Shown: in pieces, positions 11,442 to 26,300 of the stretch
Layout: each line of letters begins with the position of its first letter
Position numbering within the stretch: the stretch's first letter is position 1
DNA from: Piromyces finnis finn
Taxonomy: Eukaryota; Fungi; Neocallimastigomycota
Assembly: GCA_002104945.1 (NCBI GenBank)
Contig: MCFH01000005.1
Location: forward strand, 434,001-498,000
Direction: 5' to 3'
DNA length: 64,000 nt
Program-made: the position numbers and the translations under genes
The notes under the pieces: model-generated
Told to the model about the DNA's origin: nothing
Database searches by the model: none
The model's input: the letters and a program-made list of their open reading frames with translations, nothing else

Positions 11442-13199
11442 CAAATTAAAATGAGCTTTCCAAATAAGTATAATTATAAATTATATTTTTATATTTTATA
11501 ATTACACTTATTACTACTTCAAATGAAATTCTCTTTACGTTTTTCCATTAGATCAAATTTTAGTTCTTTCTCTCCATTTTCATATATATTATTTCTTCGA
11601 TAATTTCATTTCTTCTTTTAATCCCTAATAGAATAATGATTCTTAAGAAAATTTCTTCAGATCCAATTTTACCGAACAGCGTAAACTAAATATTTAATTA
11701 ATAATTAATTTATTTCTTAAATATTTTTTTAAAAGTTTTATTGCTGCTAACTTTCAAAAATTTTGGAATTTTAAATGCCTTTTATACTTTTTTTTAGAAA
11801 TAAGAAATATTAAATTAAAAAATTTAAATATATATTATCATGATATATATTTTAATAAACTAATAATATACTATATACTTCAGTTTTATATAATTTTCTT
11901 TTAAAATAAATTAATTAAAATATACTAAATTATATTAGTAATATATTGTATCTAATTTATTAATATAATTTAAACTATATAGAAATATATTTATAATAAA
12001 TTTAGTGTGATTAAAAATATAAATTTTAAAGTTATTTAGGCTATGAAATGAATCAATCATATTAAAAGTTAAAAGTCAATTAAAAAACTTTTATATATAT
12101 TGCAATACAAATTATTATTTAGGGGGGGAATAAAAAAATTGATTTACTATTATATATATTTTTATAGAATTATTTTGTTTACTATTATTTTTTATAGTGT
12201 ATTAAAAAAGCTGTAATAATTTTTATATAGTTGGTTTTATATTTCTTCATAGTTATATTAGCAAAAAAAAAAAAAAAAGAGAAAATAAATATAATATTTT
12301 TAAACTTTTTATTTAAAATCTTATTAAAGTTTATATTAAAAAAATAACAAAATATTTAAAAAATTCTTATTATTAAAAATAATTTAATTTGTAAAAAATC
12401 TTAATAAATATAAATGTAAAATTAGCTTTTTTTTTTCAGTATTTTGTGATTATTAACAGTAAAACAACTCGGTTCAATACACTCAAGATTTGTGGTTGAC
12501 TTATATACTTTATACTTATAAATTATTCAAACACATACTTAATATTATATGATTGTAAGAATATCTTTTCCTAATTATTATATTCTTAGATAGAGTTTAT
12601 ACCAAAATCTAACTATAAAATTTGTTTGTTTATCTGTTTATATTAAATACTATAATTACTATAAATACTTTAATTTATCACATGATTATAAAATATGATA
12701 AATACATTAATGTGCTAAATAAAATGTACCAAAAAACTACATGATAATCTATTCCAATATTACATTAATTACTTATATAACATTTATAGTAATATTCAAT
12801 TATATTACTAATTAAGGTTTTTTATAAATTAATATTAATATATTTAAAGTAAATAACTAAATATTGTGGGAGAAATAGGTGAAAGGTTCATTTTTAAAAA
12901 AAGATATTGAATAAACATATAGTGTATTAGAATGCAGTTAAAATTTATAGGCTATAAATATTTATTAAACAAATAAAAATTTCAACAGTTTTTATTAAGT
13001 ATGTAATATTTATATTAAAAATGCCTTTTTTTTTATTATTATTATTTCGTTCAGATTGTTTCAACTGGTTATTGTTATTTTTAAGTATTTTGTAATATAA
13101 AACTATTATGAAAATCTATTAATTTTATTTATTAAAAAGATATTGCTTTTAATAAAATGTATTTAAAGAATGTAGATAAATAATAAGAAAAATGCTTTT

Positions 13200-13600
13200 A
13201 TTGAATAGAATGAAGCATATTTAAACTATTTTGGTCAACTTAGTATCCAATTTATTTCCTTTTATATAATAACCAGCTGAAAAAAATATGTGTGTTATCA
13301 TAGTTTAATAAAATCCTTGGTTTATTCAAATTTATTATCGTAATACTATGCTTTTACTTTTTTTCTTGTTAAATATTATCAATAAAAAAGATTTTAATTG
13401 TTTTATCATTTATATTTTTTTAATTTTTTTTTTTTAATAAAATTTATTCATTTTGCAACTTGTGTATGTGTAGTTAATTAGGTAAAAAATAATAAAGTTC
13501 GAATTTTCCATTTGCTTTAATATTTAATTAATTAGAGCCAAGGCACATTTTTCTGATAATTGAGAAATATTTAAATATTTCGAAATTAATAGAAAGTTTA
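13200..13600 (-). mobile_element. Ancient, heavily decayed LINE remnant related to the C-terminal half of the family-A ORF
   Basis: tttaataaaatccttggtttattcaaatttattatc (about 13300) and ttttccatttg..gagccaaggcacattt..ctgataattgagaaatatttaaat (about 13505-13580) align by eye with 24140-24185 and 24355-24430. Boundaries are approximate. Confidence 0.55.
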
Positions 13601-13944
13601 TTTCACTTTTCAATTAAATAAAATGTTTTTAATTTTTCTTGTTTCTTGCTCTGATATTAATTTAGAATTACTATCATTGAGCATTTTTTTATACTAGATT
13701 CTATTTTTATTTCATTGTAGAAAGAAAATCATTAACTCTTAAGTAATTATTTTAAAAAATAATTTTGTTGGTATTATTATAGCAATCATCATATATCTTA
13801 CACCAACCTAACATATTATTTTTGAATTCTTTAATGATATTATTAATTAGAAATATATAATTCTATTTATTAATATTTTAATTTACTTAAAATAAGCTAT
13901 ATTTAATAAAAAATTAAAATATAACATAAAAATTAATATAAAAC

Positions 13945-16900
13945 TACATTATAATAGGTGATAATACATATTGATAATTGATATTAATAATAAATTATAA
14001 ATAAAAGCAATAAATATATGTATATAAATAAAAAATAAATATAAAAAAATATAATAATTATTTAAGTTGCATAAAAGTATGATGAATTTTGCAATTTGTA
14101 CTGTTCTTACCTAATAAATTAATATAAACTAAATGAAATAAAAGAGAATAGAAGCATTAGATATGATAGTGTGGTGTTCACTAAACTCTCCCATGAGCTC
14201 ATAATGTTTTTATTTGAAGAAATACCATTGAATTCTGTGTATGAAATATTAGAAATATTCCTTTTTCATATCAGTACGACGTCGGCGCTATTGATTACAT
14301 TAGGTATCTTACTAAACCTATCAAAAAATAGCTTCATTGAGCAACTAATGATAGGAATTGTTTTAGTAAGAAAAGCCGCGAGACCCCTCTACGTATGGAA
14401 CATGAGACCCCACCGATGAACTGTAAAGCTGTTCATTCAAATGTCTTTGCTCCGCCTTATCGATTTAGAGTTTAGCATAAGCTAAAGTTCCACCAAAAAG
14501 GAATGCAAAAATGTAATTATAAATTATTTTTCTTACTTCCATTTCAGGGAGTAAGTAAGTGATGAATTGATTATTGTATTTGTTGTGAAAAAGAGTAAAA
14601 ATATCGTCAAGAAAGCTAAGTGAAGAAGTTCTGTACTAAGAGAATGCAGAACATTCTAATATTTAGTACTTTTAATATTTATTTTCATAAGTTTCTTATG
14701 TAGAGAACAAGTTTCTTTGGCCCAAGAGTAATGAGACATGGGAGGAATAGATCGGACGAGATCTATAATTTGATTTTCTCCATTTAACAAAGCATATCAT
14801 TTGTTGCGCAGCATAAATACCAAAGTGTTGGAATCCTCAAATCCCTTGTAAAAGCATACAGGTTAATAAATGAATTTCGTTCAAAAACAAAATCCTTGTT
14901 ATTCAAACTTTTATTGTGAAAGCTATTGACACTCCATAAAATAGCAGTATTGATAAGAGATTGAACTCTGAGAGTTCTATTTTTGTTGGAACCAAGTAAT
15001 GAAGCATAATAAGAGACTTTACTTAAAACATAGGAATGAGTGACTATATTTTTTAAACCAATAGAAACACAATTGTTGGTAAGAAAGCTCTTGAAAGAGA
15101 ATAAAGATTTTTGAATTTTTTGTACATGTTAGAATAGGAGTCAGAGGAAGATCTTCGTCGAAAGGGATTCCAAGATAGGTATAGCATGAAACCTGTGGAA
15201 TCGAGTACATGCCGATGTAAAATGTTGGGTCTACATAACCAGGGGATCTATTAAAGTTGATAGATTTAACAACAATAGTTGCACACTTATTTATTCCAAA
15301 AGACATTTCATTTAAATTAGCCCAGTTAAGTACTAGATTAAGCATCTTTTGAAGGTTCTTTATACTAGGAGCAATAAAAACAATGCAATGTCATCAGCAA
15401 AAAGGCCACCACGGCAACGTTTATTTCCTAAGCTAACTCCAAGCCTTTCACATTTATTTAAAATATTATTGATGAAGAGATTAGTATGTGGTATGGGACA
15501 TCCTTGTCTTACAATGGAAATAAATAGGCTAATACATTTTTCTTTATTACGAAAACCAAATTGCTTAGGTCTGATAAAACTATGAGAAAGAGCATACTTT
15601 GAGATTCTATCAGTTATGATTTTTGAGATGATTTTAAAGCCTACATTGATGAGAGAAATACCGCGATAATCATTAGAGTCTGAACGATCACCTTTCTTTG
15701 GAATAGAGACAATGGAAACAGAATTCCATTTCATAGGAAAGGAACCATTCCATATTTTAATGAAAATTAATTTAAGACAGTTTCCAGCAAACTTATGCTC
15801 TTTTTTTAGTTCTTTGTTGCAAAAGAAAGCTTTGAGGAATTCAATTGGGACACCATTGGGACCTGAAGTCTTATTATTCTTCATTGATAGAACAGTATTT
15901 CTAATTTCTTCAATAGAGATGGAACCATTAATACCCCATGCCATTTGATTAATATAATTGAAACGGAAGACTCTTTCTCAATAATCACGATTTAAGCTAT
16001 GATTTTTAACATCAGATGCGAGATTTTCATAGTGTTCAGCCCACAGTTTTAGTTGTTCTTGTGGAGAAAATAAATCCTTACTATTCTTGTCTTTAATGGT
16101 TGAAAATGAGAGGACAAATAACTTGGTTTGGCAAGTTTTTTAAGACCTTTCTAACTATGTCTAAAACTTTTGTCAATAAAGTGTTTACCAATAGAGGCAA
16201 TATTTTCTTTATGAAGATTGGATCTGAATTTACTCTTAACTTTTTTGATAGATTACATAAATTTTGGTAAATGGAAAACTGGTTAAGGTAATTTTCCATG
16301 GCAGCAACAATCTGAGAGAAGCTTTATATTTTTATAAGTCAGGTGTTTTTATGTGATAAATTTTTGGTGTATTAAGGACAATGGAATGCTGGACCTTTTA
16401 AATTCGCAGACACAATGGCTTTTATTTTTTTTCCTATAGCTTTGGAAGTATCTAAAAATTTGGAAACCATATCATCAGCTGATAGACTATCGCAATTAGC
16501 TTAAAGCTCAGAAGTAAGAGTGGCAAAACGGTTGCTAGAAAGAATGTAAGAACACTTTGTGTTACAAATATGACTCGACCACTTAAAAAACTTTTTTAGG
16601 TATTTTAAAACCATCAGAAGAGTCTTTTTTACAAGATACAAGGATCAGTTTGTGGTCGGACACATCATGGAAGATTTCACAAACTGAAGATTTATTAATT
16701 TGTTCTGCCATAGCTTTGTTGTATTGAAGATTTAGATCCTTTTTCCCAGGTGAAATTATTACCAATTAGCTTTGCCATAGTCCAATCAGGGAAGTGCTAT
16801 AAAAAATAAGATTTGATTTTAATAGCTAACAAATTAAAATCTCCTATAAGGATAGCCGGGTGTTGAACTTGTTATGCGATGCTAACTACTACTCAAGTTC

Positions 16901-17143
16901 ATCAAAGGCAATTAATCTGGTATCCGGCCATCTAGTTTGCGGGAAGTAAAAATTACCAATTGTACATCTCTGGCTCCAAAATGACAATAATATAACTGAA
17001 ATAATATACTTATATAGAAGAGATTCAGGTGTAAAGGAACATGTGTTTAAGTGACTAAAGTAGAAATGTCAGAGAGTGGATTTAATAAATCGTTTATTAT
17101 CCATTGCGCAATGCTTCGGTTTATTTCTATTCACTCAGTATGA
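13945..17143 (-). mobile_element. Degenerate family-B LINE copy (B1): broken EN and RT, internal deletions, ending in a 5'-repeat-like motif
   Basis: RT fragments at 15019-15944 (KKGD..DYRGISL, QFGFR, RQGCP, LFADD, YTYLGIPF) and an EN fragment SDHKLI. The 3' region matches B0/B2. 17098-17143 atccattgcgcaatgct..ctcagtatgag resembles the family-A 5' repeat. Confidence 0.88.
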
Positions 17144-18322
17144 GTTTTTTTATTTTTATTAATAGCATCAAATATTTTTAAGCATTATTACTTTATAATT
17201 ACTTTATTATTAATTTAATTAAAATTATAACACATGTAATAAAAAAAAATTAAAAATAAAAAATATAAAAAATATATATATATAAAAATAAACACAAATG
17301 AATAAAAATTGGGTATAATATATTCTAGTAATTTTAATTAAAGTAAGAAAGTATAATAATTGTATTTGACTTCCAATGGGACACCGAGCCAAAGGTCAAA
17401 ATTATGATCTCAATTGGTTGCGCTGGCCCTCCTGACATGTCTTACTGTTTCTTCAGCATTGACGCTCTTGGATGTTGCTTCAAACCTTTTGAACATTGAC
17501 CATTGCTGGCAATAGCAAAAGGTATGATTTTGGTTAGATGTTCCACGGTTACCGTCAAGAATGGTGTTCCTTCGTTAGTGCCAGAATGAATCTGACACTT
17601 ACAAAGTTCTTTCCATTCCCTTGAATTGTAATTGATATTGTTAAAACTTCTTCCCCCAAGAAGGAATTTAAATATTTTACTGCACACACTAGAATAATCA
17701 TACACGTTAATATTCACGGAATTATTAGAACTATTACTATCATTAACTAAATTACTATCTAAATTAGAATTATTATCTTCACTATTGCTATCATTACTAA
17801 TATTATTATTTCTACTACTACTATTGTTATTATTACTATTGTTATTATTACTATTGTTATTATTACTATTGTTATTATTATTACTACTATTGTTACTATT
17901 ACTATTAATGTTATTGCTATCTCTACTGATATTAACATTTTCATTATTATTGATAGGACTATTAGAATTACGTTGACTGAAAAAATTTAGTAACTGGACT
18001 ATGGAATCATAATGTTTAATACGGATATCTCTAAATGTTGGACAATCTAAAAACCAATGTTTAATATGTTTAATACTTTGAACACCACACTTGCAACATG
18101 GACAGTAGTTAGGACAAACTGGATCAACAAATTTAGCAGCTTTTGCAACTCTAGCATTCAACTTGTATCCGCTTCTTGCTTTCAATAGCCAGTAGAAACC
18201 ATAACATAATTTGATAAAATCTTTAGTTTCAATAAATTTATTATCATCATAATATTGCGCTTTGATTGAATTCCCTTTGAGATCTTTCCAATAAAAGTTT
18301 TTAACTGCTTTAACATCTCCAT
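17144..18322 (-). mobile_element. 5'-truncated family-A LINE copy (A0): zinc knuckle, Asn-rich tract and 3' UTR
   Basis: ORF 17442-18185 matches the C-terminus of the 1511-aa ORF. It has a degenerate T run at about 17144-17160 and is truncated at taacatctccat. Confidence 0.9.
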
Positions 18323-21300
18323 TTTTTTTATACTAGGAAGAGAATACACATCTTTTATTTATTTATTTAATTAGTGATATTACATAATATTAGGTGATAA
18401 TACATATTGATATAATAAATAATAAGTAAAAATAATAAAATATATATAAATAAAAATATAAATATAAAAAAATATAAAATAATTATTTAAGTTGCATAAA
18501 AGTTCAATGAACTCTGCAATTTGTACTGTGTTGAATTGGTCCCTACCTAATAAATTAAATGAAATAAAAAAAAGAAGTAACATCAGGTATGATAGTGTGG
18601 TGTCCACTAAACTCTCCCATGAGCTCATAATATTTTCATTCGAAGAAATACTAACATTGAACCCTGTGTACGGAACATTAGGAATGTTCCTTTGCCATAT
18701 CGGTACGACGTCGGCGCTCTTGATTACGTTAGGTATTTTACTAAACCTATCAAAAAGTAGCTTCATAGAGCTACTAATGATAGGGATTGTTTTAGTAAGA
18801 AAAGCCGCGAGACCCTCTACATATGGAACATGAGACACCGATGAACTATAAAGCTGTTCATTCAAATGTCTTTGTTCCGCCTTATCGATTTGTAGCTCAT
18901 CATAAGCTAAAGTTCCACCAAGAAGGAACGTAAAAATATAGTTATAAATTATTTTTCTTACTTCCGTTTCGGGGAGTAAGTATGTGATGAATTGATTCTT
19001 ATATTTATTATAAAAAAGGGTAAAAAGATCGTCAAGAAAGCTAAGTGAAGAAGTTCTATACTAAAAGAATGCAGAACATTCTAATATCCAATGGTAAAAA
19101 GATTGTTCATCATATCCGCAACATGGACAGACACGAGGGCAGTCAGGAGTAATTCTATTACTGACAATAGCAATTCAGATAGTATTTTCATAATCGCATC
19201 GAATACGAATAATCCAGGTAATTCCTAAATTTAAGTGAGGTTTGTTGTTGAGACCGATATGCATTAGGCGATTTGAATTAAGGAATTTGTTGTTAGTATA
19301 TCTGAGGGCTTTGCTTCCATTATTTAGGCTACTATTATTCCAATAATATTATCTAATATCTTTAGTACTTTTAATATTTATTTTCATAAGCTTCTTATGT
19401 AGTGAACAAGATTCTTTGGCCCAAGAGTAATGAGACATGGGAGGAATAGGTCGGACGAGATCTTTAATTATACAATTTGATTTTCTCCATTTAGCATGGG
19501 ATATAAATGGTCACATTTCTATTGAGGAAATTAGGAATGTTGTTCTGTCAATGAAGAATAATAAGGCTCCAGGTCCCGATGGTATACCAATTGAATTCTT
19601 TAAAGCTTTCTTTTGTAACGAAGAACTGGAAAAAAACATAAGTCTGCTGGAAATTGTCTTAAATTAATTTTTAATAAAATCTGGAATGGATCCTTTCCTT
19701 TGAATTGGAACTCTGCTTCCATTGTTTCTATTCCAAAGAAAGGCGATCTTTCAGATTGTAATAATTATCGTGGTATTTCTCTCATCAACGTAGGTCTTAA
19801 AATCATTTTAAAAATTGTAACTAATAGAATTTCAAAGTATGCTCTTTCTCATAATTTTATAGGACCTGAGCAATTTGGTTTTCGCAATAAAGAAGAATGT
19901 ATTAGCTTATTTATTTCCATTAGAGAAATCTGTCAAAGAAGAAAATTTAAAGGAAAAGCCACTTATGTTGCCTTTCTAGACCTTAAAAAAGCATACGACT
20001 CAGTTCCTATTTTTAATATCCTTACAAAGTTATATAAATTAGGTATACGTAGTAAATGTTTTGATTTTCTCAATAATCTCTACTCTACCTCTAAAGCTCG
20101 TGCACGTTTCTTGGATATGCTTTCCAATGAATTTCCTATCAACCGTAGTGTAAGACAAGGATGTCCTCTTTCTCCTATACTGTTTAATCTCTTTATCAAT
20201 GATATTTTAAACAAATGTGAAAGGCTTGGAGTTAGTTTAGGAAATAAACGTTGTTGTGGTGGCCTTTTCGCTGATGACATTGTTTTGATTGCTCCTAGTA
20301 AGAAGAACCTTCAAAAGATGCTCAATCTAGTCCTTGATTGGGCTAATTTAAATGAAATGTCTTTTGGAATAAGTAAATGTGCAACTATTGTTGTTAAACC
20401 TATCAACTTTAATAGATCCCCTAGTTATGTCGACCCAACATTTTACATTGATATGTACTCGATTCCAAAGGTTTCTTGCTATACTTATCATGGAATCCCA
20501 TTCGATGAAGATCTTTCTCTGACTCCTATTCTGTCTAATATGTACAAAAAAGTTCAGAAATCTTTATTCTCTTTTAAGAACTTCCTCACCAACAATTGTG
20601 TTCCTATTGGTTTAAAAAATATAGTAATTCATTCTTATATTTTATGCAAAGTCTCTTATTATGCTCCTTTACTTGGTTCCAACAAAAATAGAACTAGAAG
20701 AGTTCAATCTCTTATCAATACTACTGTTTTATGGAGTGTCAATAGCTTTCACAATAAAAGTTTTAATAACAAAGATTTTGTTTTTGAACGAAATCTTTGT
20801 TACAGATATGACTTGACCACTTAAAGGTCTTCTTAGGCTTTTTGAAACCATCAGAAGAGTCTTTTTTACAAGATACAAAGATCGGTTTGTGATCAGAAAC
20901 ATTGTGAAAAACTTCACAAACTGAAGATTTGTTTATTTGTTCTGTCATAGCTTTGTTGTATATAATGTCCAATCCGGGAAGTGTAGTGATATATAAGATT
21001 TGATTTTAATAGCTGACATATTAAAGTCTAGTTTGCGGGAAGTAAATATTACCGATGATACATCTCTGGTTCCAAAATGATAGTATTGTAACTGAAATGA
21101 TGTATTTATATAGAAGAGGTTCAGGAGTAAAGGAACAAGAGTTATGAACACCAATGTAAAGTCCTCTCATACCTGGAACTTTAGGATTAGCACGTCTGTG
21201 TACTGGTTTATAGTTCGGTAGGCATGGTGAGGAAATTGCATTACTACAGAGGAATTGGCTGTTACCTACTTCTTGAAGGCAGACACATACAGGTTTGAAA

Positions 21301-23064
21301 ACAGAGATGAAGTATAAAACACCGTCCTTTTTCTCAGGGTTCCAACCATTGATGTTCCAACAAGTAAATAAGTTGAAAAAGGAAGCATTAGAACTCAAGT
21401 GACTAAAATAGAAATCGTCAGAGAGTGGACCAGTAGTAGACTTGATAGATCGTTTGTTTTTGTATGATCTATTGTTTTTGAGTTTATCAATGAATTTCCA
21501 AGATATTTTACTAGAGATTGGGAGTTTTTTAGAAAGAGAGTGTATAAGTAATATGGCTTTAAGAGGGCATTTTCCATTGACTTTTAGAATGAAATAGGTA
21601 CCGAGTGATTGTGAATATTTTTTGGTGAGGGATTGAAGAATATCATTGAAAGGTTGAATATCCTTTAAAAGAAATTCCATAAGTCGTTGTTTTGACCATG
21701 AACTAAGATCATGGATAAAAATTAGATATGATTTATTGGAGTTAGATCCGAAGAAACGAAATCACGTCGTAAGGTAGGTACAGTACAGTTGGTATTGTTC
21801 ATTTTGAAAGAACTTATTATGACAATGGATATTAATATATTAATAAATTGAAGTATTGATATATTGATATAAATAAGATAATGAAATAAAATATATAGTA
21901 AAATATAAATAATAATAGTAAAGACGGATATGTTATATAGCTAGTGGATTATTTGTCAAACAATATTTTAAATTTTATGGCTGGAAAAGTGGCTAAGTTG
22001 TTGACAAACTTAGTTTTAACTTTACTGAAGACTTTAAACGGGAAAATAAATTTTGAATATCTATCACTCTGGATTTCTGTATTATAACTGTATTTTGAAA
22101 GCTCTTTAAATTTATAAGATTTGTATTATTTATTGGATGATTTTTGTATTGTGTTGATTCTGATTGTTGAATTTGAACATTCATTAAGGTTATTTATGTT
22201 GTAAGATAGAGAGATAATAAGAGTGAAAAATTATTATATCAAAAATAATGGAAAAAAGTTGAAAAATTTTGGGTAAACATAATAATTTTTTTTTAAAAGA
22301 TAAAATTGAAACAAGAGTAGTATTTATAATATAAAAATAGAATACTCGATTTTCCAGGATTGAAGCTTTGATAATAAAAAATGTTAAAAAAAGGAGTTAA
22401 TACTTACCATAAGAGTCCATAATAAACCTAATAAAGTTATATAAATATATAAAAAATACATATAATATAAAGTATATAAAATATATATATATATATATAA
22501 ATAGAAAAGAGATAGAAAGAGTATACAAAAGAATGTTAGTAGGAAAGAGATTCCTTGGAAAATCTATAGTTTCAAAAAATAAGAAATAAAAAAGATATTA
22601 CTAGAATCATATAAAATCATAAAAAATAAAAAAATAAAAAGCCGCGCCCCTCGAAAAAATAAAAAATAGAAATAGAAAAAATAAAAAGATTAAATATGAC
22701 TATAGTAATGAAAGCCGCACCCCACAACGAAACTCAAGAATAAATGAAAGGAATAGCAAACTAACTGAAAAAACAAAGCTATCTGACTAATCAACATATA
22801 AAGAGTAGAAAGGAATAAAAGAACAAAGAGAATAAGTAATAAACTGGGATAACAAAATGTCTATGAAAGCTAAAAAATAAAGAGAAATCAAAAATATTCA
22901 AAATCAGTATTTAATACTACCGAATTCAACAATATTAAGTTAAATATTATGTTATAAAGGTTGTAAAAAACAATTACTATCTAATGTAAGTTGAAGGTGT
23001 AAGAGAAATATGATATAACAACTAACCCTCAGATTATCAACTCTACTCGCTCAGTACCATGAGC
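18323..23064 (-). mobile_element. Near full-length but disrupted family-B LINE (B2) with an internal inversion of the RT region
   Basis: The 3' terminus cttcctagtat-An is at about 18330. The EN ORF at 21021-21680 (WNINGW, LQEV) is on -, while RT ORFs at about 19493-20794 are on +. The 5' end finishes in ctctactcgctcagtaccatgagc. Confidence 0.9.
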
Positions 23065-23318
23065 TTTTTTTTTTTTTTTTTTTTTTTTTTTAACGGCATC
23101 AAATATTTTAAACTTTATTAAAATTATAATACATGTAATATAAAAATTAAAAAATAAAATAAAAATAAAAAAATATGTTTAAATAAGCACAAATGAATAA
23201 AAATTGGGTATAATGTATTCTAGTAATTTTAATTAAAGTAAGAAAGCCACTATTATACTAAAGTATAATAATTGTATTTGACTTCCAATGGGACACAGAG
23301 CCAAAGATCAAAATTTTA

Positions 23319-26300
23319 TCATGGAACAAAATTATGATCTCCATTGGTTGCGCTGGCCCTCCTGACATGTCTTACTGTTTCTTCAGCATTGACGCTCTTG
23401 GATGTTGCTTCAAACCTTTTGAACATTGACCATTGCTGGCCAATAGCAAAAGGCATGATTTTGGTTAGAAGTTCCGCAGTTACCTTCAAGAATGGTGTTC
23501 CTTCATTAGTACCAGATTGAATCTGATGCTTACAAAGTTCTTTCCATTCCCTTGAATTGTAATTGATATTGTTAAAATTTCTTCCCCCAAGAAGGAATTT
23601 AAATATTTTACTGCACACACTAGAATAATTATACACATTAATATTCACCAGATTATTAGAACTATTACTATTATTAACTAAATTACTATCTAAATTAGAA
23701 TTATTATCTTCACTATTGCTATCATTACTAATATTATTATTTCTATTATTGTTATTATTACTATTGTTACTATTACTATTGTTACTATTACTATTGTTAT
23801 TACTACTATTGTTACTATTACTATTAATGTTATTACTATCTCTACTGATATTATCAATTTCATTATTATTGATAGGACTATTGGAATTACGTTGACTGAA
23901 AAAATTTAATAGCTGGACTATGGAATCATAATGTTTAATACGGATATCTCTAAATGTTGGACAATCTAATAACCAATGTTTAATACTTTGAACACCACAC
24001 TTGCAACATGGACAGTAGTTAGGACAAACTGGATCAACAAATTTAGCAGCTTTGGCAACTCTAGCATCCAACTTATATCCGCTTCTTGCTTTCAATAGCC
24101 AGTAGAAACCAGAGGCAAACTCTGGGTATTCATAACATAATTTAATAAAATCTTTAGTTTCAATAAATTTATTATCATCATAATATTGCGCTTTGATTGA
24201 ATTCCCTTTGAGATCTTTCCAATAAAAGTTTTTAACTGCTTTAATATCTCCATGTTTCTTTAGTTTTTTATCAAGTGTCCTACTTGATTTGCACCACGTG
24301 TATTTTCTAAATTTAGGAATGTAATTGACAAGGTGTGAGATAATACAATTTGAGTTTTTCCATTTGTTAAAACATCTAACCTGAGCTAACGCACATTTGG
24401 CTGACAATGGAGGAATATTCAAATCTTTTGAGATAGAGTATAAAGATATAAACGATACAGCTTTATGAACTCCGGTAACCCATCGTATTCCTTTGTTAAC
24501 ATGTTTCTGAGCAATCCTAGACCTAGCTTTGTTGGATCCAAGTAATGGTGCAAAGTATGAAACTCTGCTAATCACTTGTGAGTTAAGTACTAACTTTTTG
24601 AAGGGAATAGGAATATTAGGATTTCTTAAGAATTTACTGACTGAAAAAAGTCCTTTCAAAACCTTGTTATTAAGAGTTTTAATAACTGGTTTAAGAGACA
24701 GATTCTTATCAAATGGAACACCAAGATAAGTATAACAATCAGTAGTTGGAATGGGTTTTCCTGCTAAGTAAAATGTTGGATCTCTCTTGTTCTGATTTTC
24801 TATTGATTCAGGACGAATCACCATCGTTGAACACTTCTGGATACCAAATTCCATTTCATTATACAAGGCCCATTCATTAACTCTTCTAAGCATCTTTTTT
24901 AAGCATCCTCTTGTTGGAGCACAAATAACTATATCATCTGCAAAAAGTCCACCACAGCATCGAGTGTCACCTAAACTGACTCCGAGATCTTCACACTCTT
25001 TAAATATATCATTAATAAAGAGATTAAAGAGAATAGGAGAAAGAGGGCATCCTTGACGGACTCCTTTCTTCACATCAAAAGATTTCGAGAATTGTCCATC
25101 TAATTTGACATTAGCCTTAGATGTTAAATATAAATTTTTGATGAATTGTAAACTCTTACCTCGGATTCCTAAACAATCTAATTTATGGAGAATATTACCG
25201 ATTGGGACTGAATCGTATGCTTTCCTGAGATCTAAAAAGGCCAAATATGTCTCTTTATTATCTAATTGACGTCTACGGCATATTTCTTGGATTGAAATGA
25301 AAAGACTAATACTTTCTTCCTTTTTTCGAAAACCAAATTGTTCAGGTCTAATGAAATTATTCTTTAGACCATATTCTGAGATTCTAGTGGTGACAATTTT
25401 GGAAATCAACTTAATACCATTATTGATAAGTGATATACCTCGATAGTTATCACAATCTGTCAAATCTCCCTTCTTAGGAATAGAAACAATACTGGATTCA
25501 TTCCATGAGTTGGGGAAGTCTCCATCCCAAATACGGTTGAATAATTTAAGAATAAAATTTAAACCATAAGCATCATTATCTGAAGTGGTATTACCGGAAG
25601 AATTATTATCTGTAACATTATTAGAATCATTACTTGATGGAATTAATGCTTTGTAAAATTCAATTGGAATACCATCTGGACCTGATGCTTTATAATTTGG
25701 AGTAGAGAGGATAGCTGACTTGACTTCATCAATACTAATATCTTGGTTGATATCCCATTCATCAAGCATAGGGAGTGAAAAACGTTTATTCGTTGGTTCT
25801 TCATACCAATGCTCCAAATCAAGACTTACACCACTTGGATCTGATGCAAGCTTTTCGAAATGATCATGCCACACTTCTAGTTGTTCTTCCGTAGCAACAA
25901 CTAATTCTCCATTTTTATTTTTAATTGGTTGAGCAATAAAGAAAGAATCTTTTCCAATTTTTGCAGTTTTCTTGATCCATTTCCAGGCCTTCTTAGGATT
26001 ATGACTCTTCATATACTCACATTCTGTTTTAATCCAATGAAGATATTCTTGTTTCCTAAATTCATTACATCTTTTGTGGATGTAATCAATGAGCTTACGG
26101 TAGATTTTAATTCTTTTAATAAATTCATCTATATCATAAATTCTTTCTTTTTTAAATCTCTTATACAACTTCATTTTGATTTTTTGGAGATTAAAAATTT
26201 GTTGTGAAATATGAAATGAAGACTTTATAACATTATTTGCTGAGGTAATACTGAGCTCGTCTGCAATTGAAAAAGCAGTTGAAGTAAACTCTTTGGAAAG

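Noticed and set aside
17759-17976. Poly-Leu and Ile/Val-rich ORFs
   Set aside because: Alternative frames of the Asn-codon microsatellite.
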